From assembly GCF_963921235.1 (NCBI RefSeq), contig NC_086108.1, positions 43,030,001-43,094,000 on the forward strand: 64,000 bases of DNA. Direction: 5' to 3'. Each line of letters begins with the position of its first letter. Position 1 is the stretch's first letter. Below, one piece after another: positions 39,741-52,506 of the stretch. A model generated the notes under the pieces. It saw nothing but the letters and a program-made list of their open reading frames with translations, had not been told where the DNA came from and ran no database searches. Made by a program: the position numbers and the translations under genes. The DNA is from Mobula hypostoma. Its lineage: Eukaryota.

Positions 39741-39862
39741 CCCCTGCGTGGGATGGAATGATCAATTGTGTCTTTTCCTCTTGCTCTGTATTAATCTGCA
39801 GACATAAGTGAAGTAAATTACATTAATTGGAAGAACAGGACAAGGTAATACAATGAAAGGAA

Positions 39863-40202
39863 GCAACACATACAAAATGCTGGAGGAACTCAGCAGGCCA
39901 GGCAGCATCTATGGAAAAGAGTACGCAGTCGATGTTTCAGGCCAAGATCTTTCATCTGGACTGGAAAAAAAGATGAGGTCAGAGTAAGAAGGTGGAGGGA
40001 TCACCTATCACCTTGTACTTCTTCCTCCCCCTCCTCCCATCTTCTTAATCTGACTTCTCATCTTTTTTCCAGTCCTGATGAAGGGTCTCAGCCTGAAACA
40101 TCGACTGTTTACTCTTTTCCATAGATATTGTCTGAGCTGCTGAGTTCCTCCAGCATTTTGTATGTGTTGTTTGGATTTCCAGTATCTGCAGATTTTCTTG
40201 TG
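39863..40202. mobile_element. Penelope-derived inverted-dimer insertion
   Basis: Arms 39863-40000 and 40020-40172 are inverted copies; degenerate TSD acaatgaaaggaa / acagtaaaaagaa (10/13 identical). Confidence 0.78.
40070..40107 (+). ncRNA. Minimal type-I hammerhead ribozyme-like motif
   Basis: CAGTC-CTGATGA-AGG[gtctcag]CCT-GAAAC-ATC-GACTG: helix I CAGTC/GACTG, conserved core, NUH = AUC. Confidence 0.6.
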
Positions 40203-41399
40203 ACAGTAAAAAGAAATTCATTTTTCTTCTCAGTATGTATTCTCAGTTGAGTCAAATTCTTGGTCTTCGTCAAAAATACATTTGTTAACAATTAAACTAA
40301 AGTTTGTGCACGTTAACGATTCTACACAGTGTTGAAAGTCCTTCGAAAAAGTACTGATATAAATGATTAGATGTGTGAGGAATATTGTTTTCTTGGCTTG
40401 CAGAAATTTTCCTTTCACCCATGAAAGGTAACAATCCATGTCTGAATTGAAACCAATAGTTACAAATGCTTTGGAGTTTCATTCGTTACCTTTTGACTTT
40501 CAAGAATAAGGTACAAAAATGAATTTTTTGAGAAATTAAAAATGTGTATAGTTAAATAATTTATTCATGGCCTATGAAATATGGCTTCATGGGCTGACTT
40601 ACTTCAACATAACCTAACCTATAATTGAAAAAAACATTATATATTTACTTATTGCAATATATCAGATGTTGAACGAAACAAGCTGAAGCTGAACCAGAAC
40701 CAGCTATGGCACATTTATAAATGCATTGCCATTTTATTTTCTACTCAAAGGCATGACAAGGCAAAACATGAGAAACTATGGACTTGGGGTACAATTTCTA
40801 GCTTTCACATTGGTTCTGGGACAATTTGCCCTTGACCAATGAAAATTTAAAGGGCCAGTTTATCACATGACTGGCAGTAGATGGAAATATTTCACTCCTA
40901 GTCAACAGACAAATTTATTAATCTTATTACCTGCTTACCACATGACAAAACCGGAATAAATAAATAGACTCTGTCTTCACTAAACTTGTTTGTAATCAGG
41001 CACTATAAAACAGTTTTGCTTCCAACAGCAGTATAAAATTTACCTAATTGACAGAGACTTTACTTACTTTGTATTCCTCTCCTCTCAAAATGTTTTGCTT
41101 TCGCTGTCTTCCATATTTATTATGCCATGTCTAGAAAATTAGTTGAAATTACTTTTAATGCCACTTAATGCTAGCCATTTTTCATAGTCCATTTTCCACT
41201 ATCAGTATCTTAGTTATGTGGCAGAGGTACAGGTAGAACGATTTAATCACAAAATCTATTTACAGCTTCATTAAATAAAATCCTCTGGTTTTAGTAAACC
41301 CATAAAATTGATAGTTAAATTTCTTTTAACTTTTTAATATTTCTTGGGCAATCCTTTAACCAAGGGAGCTCACTTCCACTCTTTTCTCTGCTTCTTTTG

Positions 41400-42250
41400 G
41401 CTCCCAATGTATAGCCTTGAGGTTCTCAATTATTATTTTGAATGTTTCTTCTCCACTTTGTGTGGCTATAGGCCAGAGGTCTATAGGAGTCAGCAGAGAT
41501 ATTGCAATTGCTTAAAGCTTTCAAGACATCCTTAAATCTTTTCCTCTTTCCATCTGCTAACCCACGACAAAGCTCAGAATAAACCATCCATTTCAGGAGT
41601 TTCAGGCATGCAAACAATATGGCCTACCCAACGTAACCGAATAAAAGTAACTAAGTTTGAATCCTGAAAGCACTGGCCAGGGAGAGGCCACTGACAATGG
41701 TTTGCTTATCCTGCTACGTACATTGAAGAGATAGTGTGTGCGATATACTTCCAGTAATTTGTGTTACCTTCTGTAGGCACTCCAGTTCCCAGAAGCATAT
41801 GAAGGCGTTGGTCACTGTGACCACAGGTTGTATGCCAGATCCAGATTCTTAATCTCCAAATACCCTTCTTCTTTGTGCTGTCACTGAAGACTGGTGAAAT
41901 CCATCATCTATGTCCACCTTCTTTGAGAGTGGCTCTGAAGATATGGGAAGTAGTCCAATTTTCCCCTAGGGTCCTGTCATGAACATTATTATAAGGTAAT
42001 GCACTGTAGCATGGCCAGGATGTTCTCGTTGGTCTTGCGTGTAAAGTCCACTGTTCATATGCCTTAGTGAAGGAGATAACAATGTTTTCACATTCAATCA
42101 CTGAATGTGTACATACGTATAAAAACAATTATCTGCATACTGTAGTTCAACTAGTGAAGTTTGGGTCACTCTAGCCCTGGAGTGTAGTTGCTTTAGGCTG
42201 AACATTTTCCACGTTAGGTTTGACAACTAGCTCCATAACAAAATGAAAGA
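41400..42250 (-). mobile_element. Old RTE-clade LINE remnant
   Basis: ORF 41426..41617 YSEL..G...GKRKRFKDVLK..L..CNI....LA....WRR; DYFPYL.SH motif near 41930-41960. Confidence 0.72.
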
Positions 42251-42747
42251 TGTTAAAAATATTCTGGGAGAAGGATACAGCCAAATTTGGCACTCACTCT
42301 CAATTAGTTTTATTATAATGAAGACCCATGGATTAGTTTCATAGCTTGCACACTGTTGTGAAGCAAATATAAATTGCAGAAAAGCTTGTATGGACAGCAA
42401 AATAATGTACATGATTTAGGGTTTGGGGGATGTGAAGGCAATTTCTCCCAAATGCATTTCCCAGCCTTACTTTCCAATGTAAATAAGTTGTTGGAGGTCC
42501 CTTCATCACAGTCAGCTTTTAAATTTAAGGTGTATTGTAGTCAGTAATCACTGGTGCCTTGATCAGCCTGCATCCTGTACATCGGGACACTCAAGCCAAG
42601 TCGTGTATGGGAGAATACAAACGTACCTCCTCCCCAGCTTTATCCCTCACTTCTAATGGCCACTGATTTTAACCACTGTATTGTAATTACATATTGATAC
42701 TGAGGAAAAAACAGATTACATTTTAGCACATGAATTTGAATACTAAT

Positions 42748-45595
42748 AGAAACATAGAAAACCTACAGCACAATACAGGCCCTTCGGCCCACAATGCTGT
42801 GCCAAACATGTACTTACTTTAGAAATTATCCAGGGTTAGACATAGCCCTCTATTTTTCTAAGCTCCATGTACCTATCCAAGAGTCTCTTAAAAGACCCTA
42901 TTGTATCCACCTCCACCACCGTTGCCGGCAGCCCATTCCACACACTCGCCACTCTCTGCGTAAAAAACTTACCCCTGACATCTCCTCTGGACCCACTTCC
43001 AAGCACCTTAAAACTGTGCCCTCTCATGTTAGCCATTTCAGCCCTGGGAAAAAGTCTCTGACTATCCACACGATCAATACCTCTCATCATATTATACGCC
43101 TCTATCAGGTCACCTCTCATCCTCTGTCACTCCAAGGAGAAAAGGCCAAGTTCACTCAAGTTATTCTCGTAAAGCATGTTCCCCAATCCAGGCAACATCC
43201 TTGTAAATCTCCTCTACACCCTTTCTATAGTTTCCACATCCTTCCTGTAGTGAGGTGACCAGAACTGAGCACAGTACTCCAAGTGGGGTCTGACCAGGGT
43301 TCTATACAGCTGTAACATTACCGCTCAGCTCTTGAACTCGGTTGATGAAGACCAATGCACCATATGCTTTCTTAGCCACACAGTCAACCTGCACAGTAGC
43401 TTTGAGTGTCCTATGGACTCGGACCCCAAGATCCCCCTGATCCTCCACACTGCCAAGAGTCTTACCATTAATACTATATTCTGCCATCATATTTGACCTA
43501 TCAAAATGAACCAACTCACACTTATTTGGGTTGAACTCCACCTGCCACTTCTCAGCCCAGTTTTGCATCCTATCGATGTCCTGCTGTAAACTCTGACAGC
43601 CCTCCACACTATCCACAACACCTCCAACCTTTGTGTCATCAGCAGATTTACTAACCCATCCCTCCACTTCCTCATCCAGGTCATATATGAAAATCACGGA
43701 GAGAAGATGTCCTAGATCAGATCCCTGAGGCACACCACTGGTGACTGACCTCCAGCAGAATATGACCCACCTACAACCACTCTTTGCCTTCTGTAGGCAA
43801 GCCAATTCTAGATCCACAAAACAATGTCCCCTTGGATCCCATGCCTCCTTACTTTGTCAATAAGCCTTGCATGGGGTACCTTATCAAATGCCTTGCTGAA
43901 ATCCAAATGCACTACATCTACTGCATTACCTTCATCAATGCGTTTAGTCACGTCCTCAAAAAATTCAATCAGACTCGTAAGGCATGACCTGGATTTGACA
44001 AAGCCATGCTGACTATTCCTAATCATATTATGCCTCTCCAAACATTCAGGATCTTTTCTATCAACTTACCAACCACTGAAGTAAGCCTCACTGGTCTATA
44101 ATTTCCAGGGCTATCTCTACTTCTTTTCTTGAATAAGGGAACAACACTTGCAACTCTCCAATCTCCTGAAACCTCTCCCGTCTCCATTGATGATGCAAAG
44201 ATCATTGCCAGAGGCTCAGGAATCTCCTCCCTTGCCTCTTGCAGTAGCCTGGGGTACATCTCATCCGGTCCTGGTGACTTATCCAACTTGATGCTTTCCA
44301 AAAGCTTCAGCACATCCTCTTTCATGCTCAAGCTTTTCAATCCACTGTAAGTCATCACTATAATCGCCAAGGTCCTTTTCCATAGTGAATGCTAAAGCAA
44401 AGTATTCATTAAGTACCACCACTATCTCCTCTGGTTCCATACACACTTTTGCACTGTCACACTTGATTGGTGCTATTCTCACACGTCTTATCCTCTTGCT
44501 CTTCACATGCCTTGGGGTTTTCCTTAATATTGCTCACCAGGCCTTCTGATGGCCCCTTCTGGCTCTCCTAATTTCATTCTTAAACTCCTTCCTACTAGCC
44601 TTATAATTTTCTAGATTTCTATCATTACCTAGTTTTTTGAACCTTTCATAAGCTTTTCTTTTCTTCTTGACTAGATTTTCAACAGCCTTTGTAAACCATG
44701 GTTCCTCTACCCTACCATCCTTTCCCTGTGTCATTGGAATGTACCTATGCAGAACACCGCACAAATATCCCCTGAACATTTGCCACCTTTCTGCCGTACA
44801 TTTCCTTGAGAACATCTCTTCCCAATTTATACTTCCAAGTTCCTGCATGATAGCTTCATATTTCCCCTTACTCCAATTAAATGTTTTCCTAACTTGTATG
44901 TTCCTATCCCTCTCCAATGCTATGGCAAAGGAGATAGAATTATGATCAGTATCTCCAAAATGCTCTCCCACTGAGAGACCTGACTCCTGACCAGGTTCAC
45001 TTCCCAATACCAGATCAAGTACAGTCTCTCCTCTTGTAGGCTTATCTACATATTGTGTCAGGAAACCTTCCTGAACACACCTAACAAACTCCACCCCATC
45101 TAAACCCATTGCTCTAGGGAGATGCCAATCAATGTTGGGGAAATTAAAATCTTCCACCACAACAACCCTGTTATTATTACACCTCTCCAGAATCTGTCTC
45201 CCTATCTGCTCCTCGATGTCCCTGTTACTATTGGGTAGTCTATAAAAAACACCCAGTAGAGTTATTGACCCCTTGCTGTTCCTATCTTCCACCCCCAGAG
45301 ACTTGGTAGACAATCCCTCCACGTCTTCCTCCTTTTCTGCAGCCGTGACGCTATCTCTGATCAACAGTGCCACGCCCCCACCTTTTCTGCCTCCCTCTCT
45401 GTCCTTTCTGAAACATCTAAAGCCTTGCACTCTAAGTAGCCATTCCTGCCCCTGACCCATCCAAGTCTCTGTAATGGCCACAACATGATAGCTCCAAATA
45501 CTGATTCATGCTTTAAGTTCATCCACTTTGTTCATGATACTCCTTGCATTAAATTAGACACACCTCAAACCATCAGTCTGAGCATATCCCTTCTC
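42748..45595 (-). mobile_element. CR1 LINE, ORF2 nearly complete but frameshifted
   Basis: ORF 44534..45481 APE (AITETW, GGGVAL, DFNFP, LDLVL, DH); RT ORFs 44023..44370, 43808..44041 (DFSKAFDKVPH), 43302..43817 (GVPQGS, ADDTK); tail atagaaacatagaaa. Confidence 0.94.
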
Positions 45596-45679
45596 AATTA
45601 CCAATTACATTATTTTTTTTCTCCAAAATTTCAATAATTTTCATAATCATCTCACTGAGATCTTTAACCTCTCATTTTG

Positions 45680-46510
45680 ACAGTCTGAGGTACCCATCTG
45701 CTTCAAGCAGGCTTCAATCACACAGTGCCTAAGAAGAACACGGTAACATGCTTCAATGACTGTTGTCCAGTAGCACTTACATCCACTGTGATGAAGTGTT
45801 TTGAGAGGTTGGTGATGAAACACATCAACTCCTACCTGAGTAGCAACTTAGATCTACTCTAATTTGCCTACCAACATAGCAGACGCCGTTTCATTGGCTC
45901 TTCACTCAACTTCTGAATAATGAAGGTGCATACATCAGGATGCTCTTTATTGAGTACAACTCAGCATTCAATACTATTATCTCCTCAAAATAAATCAAAA
46001 AGCTCCAAGGCCTGTCCTCAATACCTCCTCAATTTCCTCACTTGCAGAGTCTATCACAGGTAAAGCCCTCCCCACCATAGGGCACATCTACATGGAGAGT
46101 TGTCGCAGGAAAGCAGGGATCCCCACCACCTAGGTCATGCTGTCTTCTCAGTACTGCCTTCAGGAAGAAGGTACAAGAGCCTCAGGACTCATACCACCTG
46201 GATCAGGAACAGTTACTACCCCTCAAGCATCATCCTCTTGAACCAAAGGGGATAACTTCACTCAACTTCACTTGTCCCATCACTGAACAGTTCCCACAAT
46301 CTATTAGACTCATTTTCGAGAATTCTTCATCCATGTTCCTAATACTTATTGCTTCTTTTTGTGTTGTATTTACGCTGTTTGGTGTCCTTTGCACATTGGC
46401 TGATTCCATTATGTTTACTGGATTTACTGAGTATGCCTACAAGAAAATGAATCTCAGGGTTGTAGACGGTGACATATATGTACTTTGATAATCAATTTAC
46501 TTTGTATTTT
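45680..46510 (+). mobile_element. Internally deleted Rex1-like LINE
   Basis: RT 5' motifs (gtgatgaagtgttttgagagg) joined near 46050 directly to the 3' end shared with 3130-3606. Confidence 0.8.
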
Positions 46511-46924
46511 GAACGTTTACCTACCACTTCATAAATGCTAAATGCAAGGAAGAACTTAAAAGATGCATTGAATGGCAGAAGCTTCAATCTATATTTACCT
46601 TAACATTCACCAGCTTTTCGTTCAAGTGTGGTTTTAATTATTACCCTTAGAATGGTGAACAAGGCTGCTTTATTTTCTTGTTCTCCAAATGACTCAGAGT
46701 TATCTTGAACTCTGTCCCAAATTTAATTTAGCAAAATTAAAAACCCCACTTTCTTCAGAACTATGTTGCGAAGTAAAATTTTTAAAAATTAGGAAGTGCA
46801 TGATATTCAACCATTTGGTAGCCTTAGTAAAAAGAAAGCGTATGAGACATTGAACCTAATAGTAACTGCTAGTGCTGCAACAATACCCTAACAGACTGCA
46901 AAGTAAATTAGTTTCTACTAAAAC

Positions 46925-49920
46925 CATAAGACAAAGACATAGGAGCAGAATTAGGCCATTCAGCCCATCAAGTATGCTCTGCCATTCCAGCATAGCTGAT
47001 CCCAATCCCATTCAACCCATACACATGCCTTCTCGCCGTAACCTTTGATGCCCTGACCCATCAGGGAACTATCAACTTCCACTTTAAGTATACCCATGGA
47101 CGGCCTCCACCACAGTCAGTGGCAGAGCATTCCACAGATTCACTACCCTTTGGCTAAAATAAAATTCTCCTTACCTCTGTTCTAAAAGGCTGCCCCTCAA
47201 TTTTGAGGCTCTGCCCTCTAGTTCTGGTTACCTCCACCATAGGAAATATCCTCTCCACATCCTCCTTATCTAGTCCTTTCAACATTCGGTGGGTTTCTAT
47301 GAGATCCCCCCCGCATTCTTCTAAATTCCAGTGAGTACAGGCCCAAAGCACCAAATGTACCTCATATATTAACCCCTTCATACCTGGAATCACCCTCATG
47401 AACCTCCTCTGGACTTTTTCAAATGGTAACACATCCTTTCTGAGATATGGGCCCAAAACTGTTGACAATACTCCAAGTGCAACCTGACCAGCATTATCTA
47501 ATAAAGGCTCAGCATTATCTCTTTGCTCTTATATTCTAATCCCCTTGAAATAAATGCCAACATTGCAGTTGCCTTCTTTAGCACAGATTCAATCTATAAA
47601 TTAGCCACCTGGGAGTCTTGCACAAGGATTCCTAAATCCCTTTGCACCTCTGATGTTTGAATTTTCTCCCCATTTAGATAATAGTCTGCACTGTTCCTTT
47701 TACCAAAATGCATTATCATACATTACCCGACACTATATTCCACCTACCCCTCCACCTATCTTTGTATCATCCGCAAACTTTCCCACAAAGCCATCAATTC
47801 CATTATCTAAATCACTGAAAACAATGTGAAAAGTAGTGGTCCCAATACAATAAGGAACACCACTAGTCACTGACAGTCAACCAGAAAAGGCCCCTTTTAT
47901 TCCCACTTGCTGCCTCCTGCCCATCAGCCATTCCCCTATCCATGCCAGTATCTTTGCTGTAATGCCATAGGATTTTATCTTGTTAAGCAGTCTCACATGT
48001 GGCACCTATCAAATGCCTTCTGATAATCCAAGTAAATAACATCCACTGCCTCTCGTTTGTCCAACCTGCTTGTTATTTCTCGAAGAACTCTAACAGATTT
48101 GTCAGGCAAGATTTCCCTTTACAGAAACCATGCTAACTTTGACTTATTTTACCATTAGTTTCCAAGAACCCCAAAACCACATCCTTAATAATAGACTCCA
48201 ACACTTTCCAACCACTGAGGTTAGGCTAACTGGACTATAATTTCCTTTCTTTTGTCTTCCTCTCTTCTTAAAGAGTGGAGTGACATCTGCAATTTTCCAG
48301 TCCTCTGGGACCATGCCAGAATCAAGTAATTCTTGAAAGATCATGACCCATACATCCATTATCTCTTCAGCAACCTCTCTCAAGACTCTGGGATGTAGTC
48401 CATCTGGTCCAGGTGACTAACACACCTTTAAGACCTTTCAGTTTGCCTTGCACTTTTTCCTTTGTAATCGCAATGCCACTCACACTTGCTCCTTGACACT
48501 CATGGACCTCTGACACACTGCTAGTGTCTTCCTCAGTGAAGACTGATGGAAAATACTCACTAAGTTCATCTGCTATTTCTTTGCCCCCATTACTACCTCA
48601 CTAGCATCGTTTTCCAGTGGTCCAATATTAACTCTCACCTCCCTTTTACTCTTTACATAACTAAAAAAACTTCTAGCATCCTGCTTTATATCTCATTATT
48701 TCGTACATTATTATTGCACATTGGTAAATTATTATTGTGTATATTATTAATCTGTACTTTATTATTAGTTAGTTATTATATTTATTATAACTATTTATTA
48801 TATTGCTAAGCATGTTTTTAAATGTTGCTGCTGTAATGAAATAATTTCCCACTTGGGATCAATAAAGTACTTATTATTATTATTATATCATTGATTAGTT
48901 TGCCCTCATATTTCATTTCTTCCCATCTTATGGCTTTTTTATTTGCCTTTTGTTGGATTTTAAAAGCTTCCCAATCATCCAACTTCCCACTCAATTTTGC
49001 TACATTATATGCCTTTTCCTTGGCTTTTATGCAGTACTTAACTTCCCTTGTCGGCTATGGTTGCCTACACTTGCCATTAGAAAACTTCAGCTTCTGTAGG
49101 AAATATCTATCCTGCGCCTTGTGAACTATTCCCAGAAACTTCAGCCATCTCTGCTCTGCCATCATCCCCACCAATATCCTCCTCCAATCCACCTGGCCAA
49201 GCTTCTCTCTCATGCCTCTGTAATTCCCTTTATTCGATTGCGATACTGATACACTTTCTCCCTCTCAAATTGCAGTATGAATTCCATCATATTATGATCA
49301 TTGCCTTCTAAGGGTTCCGTTACATTAAGCTCCCTAATAAGATCTGGATTATTACACAACACCCAATCTAAGATAGCTTTTCCCCGAGTAGGCTCAAGCA
49401 CAAGCTGCTTTGAAAAGCCATCTCATAGGCATTCAACAAATTCCCTCTCTTGCAATTCGATGCCAACCTGATTTTCCCAATCCCCTTGCATATTGAATTT
49501 CCCCATTACAGTTGTGACATTACCCTAATTACATGCCTTTTCCAGCTGCCTTTGCAATCTCAACTCCACACTTTGGCTACTATTTGGAGGCTATATATGA
49601 TTCCTTTAAGTGTTTTCCTTTACCCTTGCAGTTTCTTAACTCCACCCACAAAGATTCGTCATTCTCTGACCCTGTATCACCTCTTTCTAAAGATGTAATT
49701 CCATCTCTTAGCAACAGAGCCACACAACCGCCTATCCTTTCGTTATAAAGTATATCCTTTGATGTTAAGCTCCCAACTATGGCCTTCTTTCAGCCATGAC
49801 TCAGTGATGCCCACAAAGTTATACTGACCAACCTCAAATTGTGCCACCAGTTTGTCCACCTTATTCTAAGTGCTACGTGCATTTAAATAGAGCACCTTCA
49901 GTCCTGAACTCTTCACCCTT
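46925..49920 (-). mobile_element. Second long CR1 LINE, degraded
   Basis: ORFs 49210..49401 (PTRGKAILDWVL, DH), 48144..48383 (PEDWKIADVTPLFKK..GNY.PVSLTS), 47154..47468. Confidence 0.92.
48693..48882 (+). mobile_element. Short LINE 3'-tail insertion inside CR1
   Basis: aatttccc…gggatcaataaagta + (tta)n tail; TSD TTATATC at 48686-48692 and 48883-48889. Confidence 0.7.
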
Positions 49921-50456
49921 TTTGAATATTGCCATGCACATTTGAATAAAACACAAACATGATTGACACCATTAAGAAGCCAGGTTTTATCATTATTTCA
50001 GAGATGCTTTCAAAATCATGAGTCAGAGAAATGAAGAAAACTATTTCATTAAACACTCTGATTCATATAAAAATATAGAACAATTTGAAAATTAGTCCTT
50101 CTAATTCAGTAAAAAAATTCAGCATATTTGTTGAATTGGAAATGAATACCAATGAATTGATCCACTTGACCCAAAACAGGAGTATGTGGGCCATGGCAGT
50201 CAAAGCTCAAACTGGGCATGGCATCTGATGATGATGATACTTGTTGAAATGTTAATGTCTTTTTCATTTTCTTTTTTAAAAGCTTTTATTCCCCTGTGAT
50301 CTTTTCACCGAACAAGCAGAGAAACACTGATCAGAAAACGGCACTTGAATTCAAGATAAAAATAAAGAGACACCTATTTCACCTTTCCACACTATTCCCA
50401 GACTAAAAACCAATAGTAAAATTGTGAACATGTGGAACAAGACACTTTGATCTGAA

Positions 50457-50586
50457 CAACACACATAAAAGTTGCTGGTGAACGCAGCATCTCCAGGAAG
50501 AGGTGCAGTCGCCGTTTCAGGCCGAGATCCTTCGTCAGGACTCTGACGTTGCTTGAATTTCCAGCATCTGCAGAATTCCTGTTGTT
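50457..50586. mobile_element. Mini Penelope-derived inverted insertion (130 bp)
   Basis: Perfect 13-bp TSD ACTTTGATCTGAA (50444-50456, 50587-50599); the two halves are in opposite orientations. Confidence 0.82.
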
Positions 50587-51085
50587 ACTTTGATCTGAAA
50601 TAATTTTTGTTTCTCTCTGCGTGTTGTCTCTGTCTAGCAGTTACTGTTTGACTACAATTTCCTATATTGAGAAGACCAATCATACATATTTTCTTTTAAA
50701 GACTAACAAATCAAACTTTATTAAGAAGAATACTTTAGAAAAATGAACTATTTAGGGACACCCCTAAATAATTCAACAGCTATTCTTGTTGAACCAAGAC
50801 TTATAAGAGTTAGGCATTTTTATTGAAATAAAAATCTTCATAGAAATTCAATAGAGCGTAGAAAAGTAAATAATGCATTTCTGCTTAAATTCTTAATATT
50901 GTTGGTATTCAACATAAACTGTTCAAAATACACGAGAAGATTACCTGCCTACATACTGTACTATATAAAAGTTAATTCTATAGAATCACTTTTCACACAG
51001 ATGTTCCACTTTCTGTAAGTAATGAATAACACTGCTGTGCACTGGAGGAACTCAGCAGGTCAGGCAGCATCAGTGGAAACGATGT

Positions 51086-51120
51086 GTCAACGTTTCGGGC
51101 CAGAACCCTTCATCAGGACT
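51086..51120 (-). ncRNA. Minimal hammerhead ribozyme motif in the Penelope terminal repeat
   Basis: Minus strand AGTC-CTGATGA-AGGGTTCTGGCCC-GAAAC-GTT-GAC; palindromic AACGTT in place of helix III. Confidence 0.65.
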
Positions 51121-51361
51121 TAAGAATGAAGGAGGGGGAAGGATTTGAAGAATGCTTGTAGGTTCGGTTGAAAGACCAGTAACTTGAAAGACAAAGGGGT
51201 GAGGGAGGGGAAGCATCAACGTCGTAGGCAGGAAAACAATGGGTAGTAGAAGAAGGAGGCGGAACCATGAGGGAGGTTATAGGCAGCTGGGGGAGGGGGC
51301 ACAGTGAAATAGGGATAGAGGAAGGGAGGGGGAGGGAATTACCGGAAGTTGGAGAATTCTC

Positions 51362-52207
51362 GACTGTACCTCTTCCCACACCGCCACATGCAAAAATGCC
51401 ATTCTCTATTCCCAGTTCCTCCGTCTCCGCCGCATCTGCTCCGAGGATGAGGCTTTCCGTTCCAGGACATCTCAAATGTCCTCTTTCTTTAAGGATTGTG
51501 GTTTCCCTTCTACCGTCATCAATGATGCCCTCAACCGCATCTCCTCCATTTCCCGCACTTCGGCCCTCACCCCATCCTCCCGCCACCACAACAGGGACAG
51601 AGTTCCCCTTGTCCTTACCTACCACCCCACCAGCCTCCAGATCCAGCACATTATCCTCCACAACTTCCGCCACATTCAACAGGACCCCATGACTAAGCAC
51701 ATCTTTCCCTCTCCACCCTTCTCTGCTTTCCGCAGGGATCGGTCCCTCTGCGACTCCCTTATCCGCACATCCATCCCCACGGATCTCCCACCCGGCACTT
51801 ATCCCTATAAGTGTAAGTACTACACCTGTCCCTACACCTCCTCTCTTGCCACCATTCAGGACCCCAAACAGTCCTTCCAGGTGAGGCAACACTTCACTTG
51901 TGAGTCTGTTGGGGTCATCTATTGCATCCGGTGCTCCCGGTGCGGCCTCCTCTACATCGGTGAAACCCGACGCAGATTGGGGGACCGCTTCGTCAAGCAC
52001 CTCCGCTCCGTCCGCCACAACAGACAGGATCTCCTGGTAGCCACCCACTTCAACTCTGCTTCCCATTCCCATTCAGATATGTCCAGACATGGCCTCCTCT
52101 GCTGCCATGATGAGGCTAAACTCAGGGTGGAGGAGCAACACCTCATATATCGTCTAAGTATTCTCCAGCCCCTTAGTATGAACATAGAATTCTCCAACTT
52201 CCGGTAA
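51362..52207 (+). CDS. Penelope ORF C-terminal part: RT thumb/linker + GIY-YIG endonuclease (5'-truncated, no internal stop)
   Basis: SSH...KNAILYSQFLRLRRICS; GVIYCIRCSRCGLLYIGETRRRLGDRF..H...HFN...EEQHLIYRL...MN. Confidence 0.85.
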   Translation, partial: DCTSSHTATCKNAILYSQFLRLRRICSEDEAFRSRTSQMSSFFKDCGFPSTVINDALNRISSISRTSALTPSSRHHNRDRVPLVLTYHPTSLQIQHIILHNFRHIQQDPMTKHIFPSPPFSAFRRDRSLCDSLIRTSIPTDLPPGTYPYKCKYYTCPYTSSLATIQDPKQSFQVRQHFTCESVGVIYCIRCSRCGLLYIGETRRRLGDRFVKHLRSVRHNRQDLLVATHFNSASHSHSDMSRHGLLCCHDEAKLRVEEQHLIYRLSILQPLSMNIEFSNFR

Positions 52208-52506
52208 TTCCCTCCCCCTCCCTTCCCCTATCCCTATTTCACTCTGCCCCTCCCCCAGCTGCCTATAACCTCCCTCATGGTTCTGCCGCCTCCTTCTACT
52301 ACCCATTGTTTTCCTGCCTATGACATCGATGCTTCCCCTCCCCCACCCCTTTGTCTTTCAAGTTACTGGTCTTTCAACCGAACCTACAAGCATTCTTCAA
52401 ATCCTTCCCCCTCCTTCATTCTTCAGGCCTGACGAAGGGTTCTGGCCCAAGACGTCGACTCATCGTTTCCACTGATGCTGCCCGACCTGCTGAGTTCCTC
52501 CAGTGC

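Larger units (their letters stand above)
51039..52506 (+). mobile_element. Penelope-like retroelement, 5'-truncated, with ~320-bp inverted terminal repeats
   Basis: 51039-51360 is the reverse complement of 52186-52506; coding frame lies between them. Confidence 0.93.

Noticed and set aside
27600..51000. SASS6 exons, expected from mammalian synteny downstream of MFSD14A
   Set aside because: I could not recognise any SASS6-like peptide by eye; tBLASTn would be needed to exclude short divergent exons.
51113..52072. 319-aa minus-strand ORF
   Set aside because: Antisense shadow of the Penelope coding frame; no recognisable domain.
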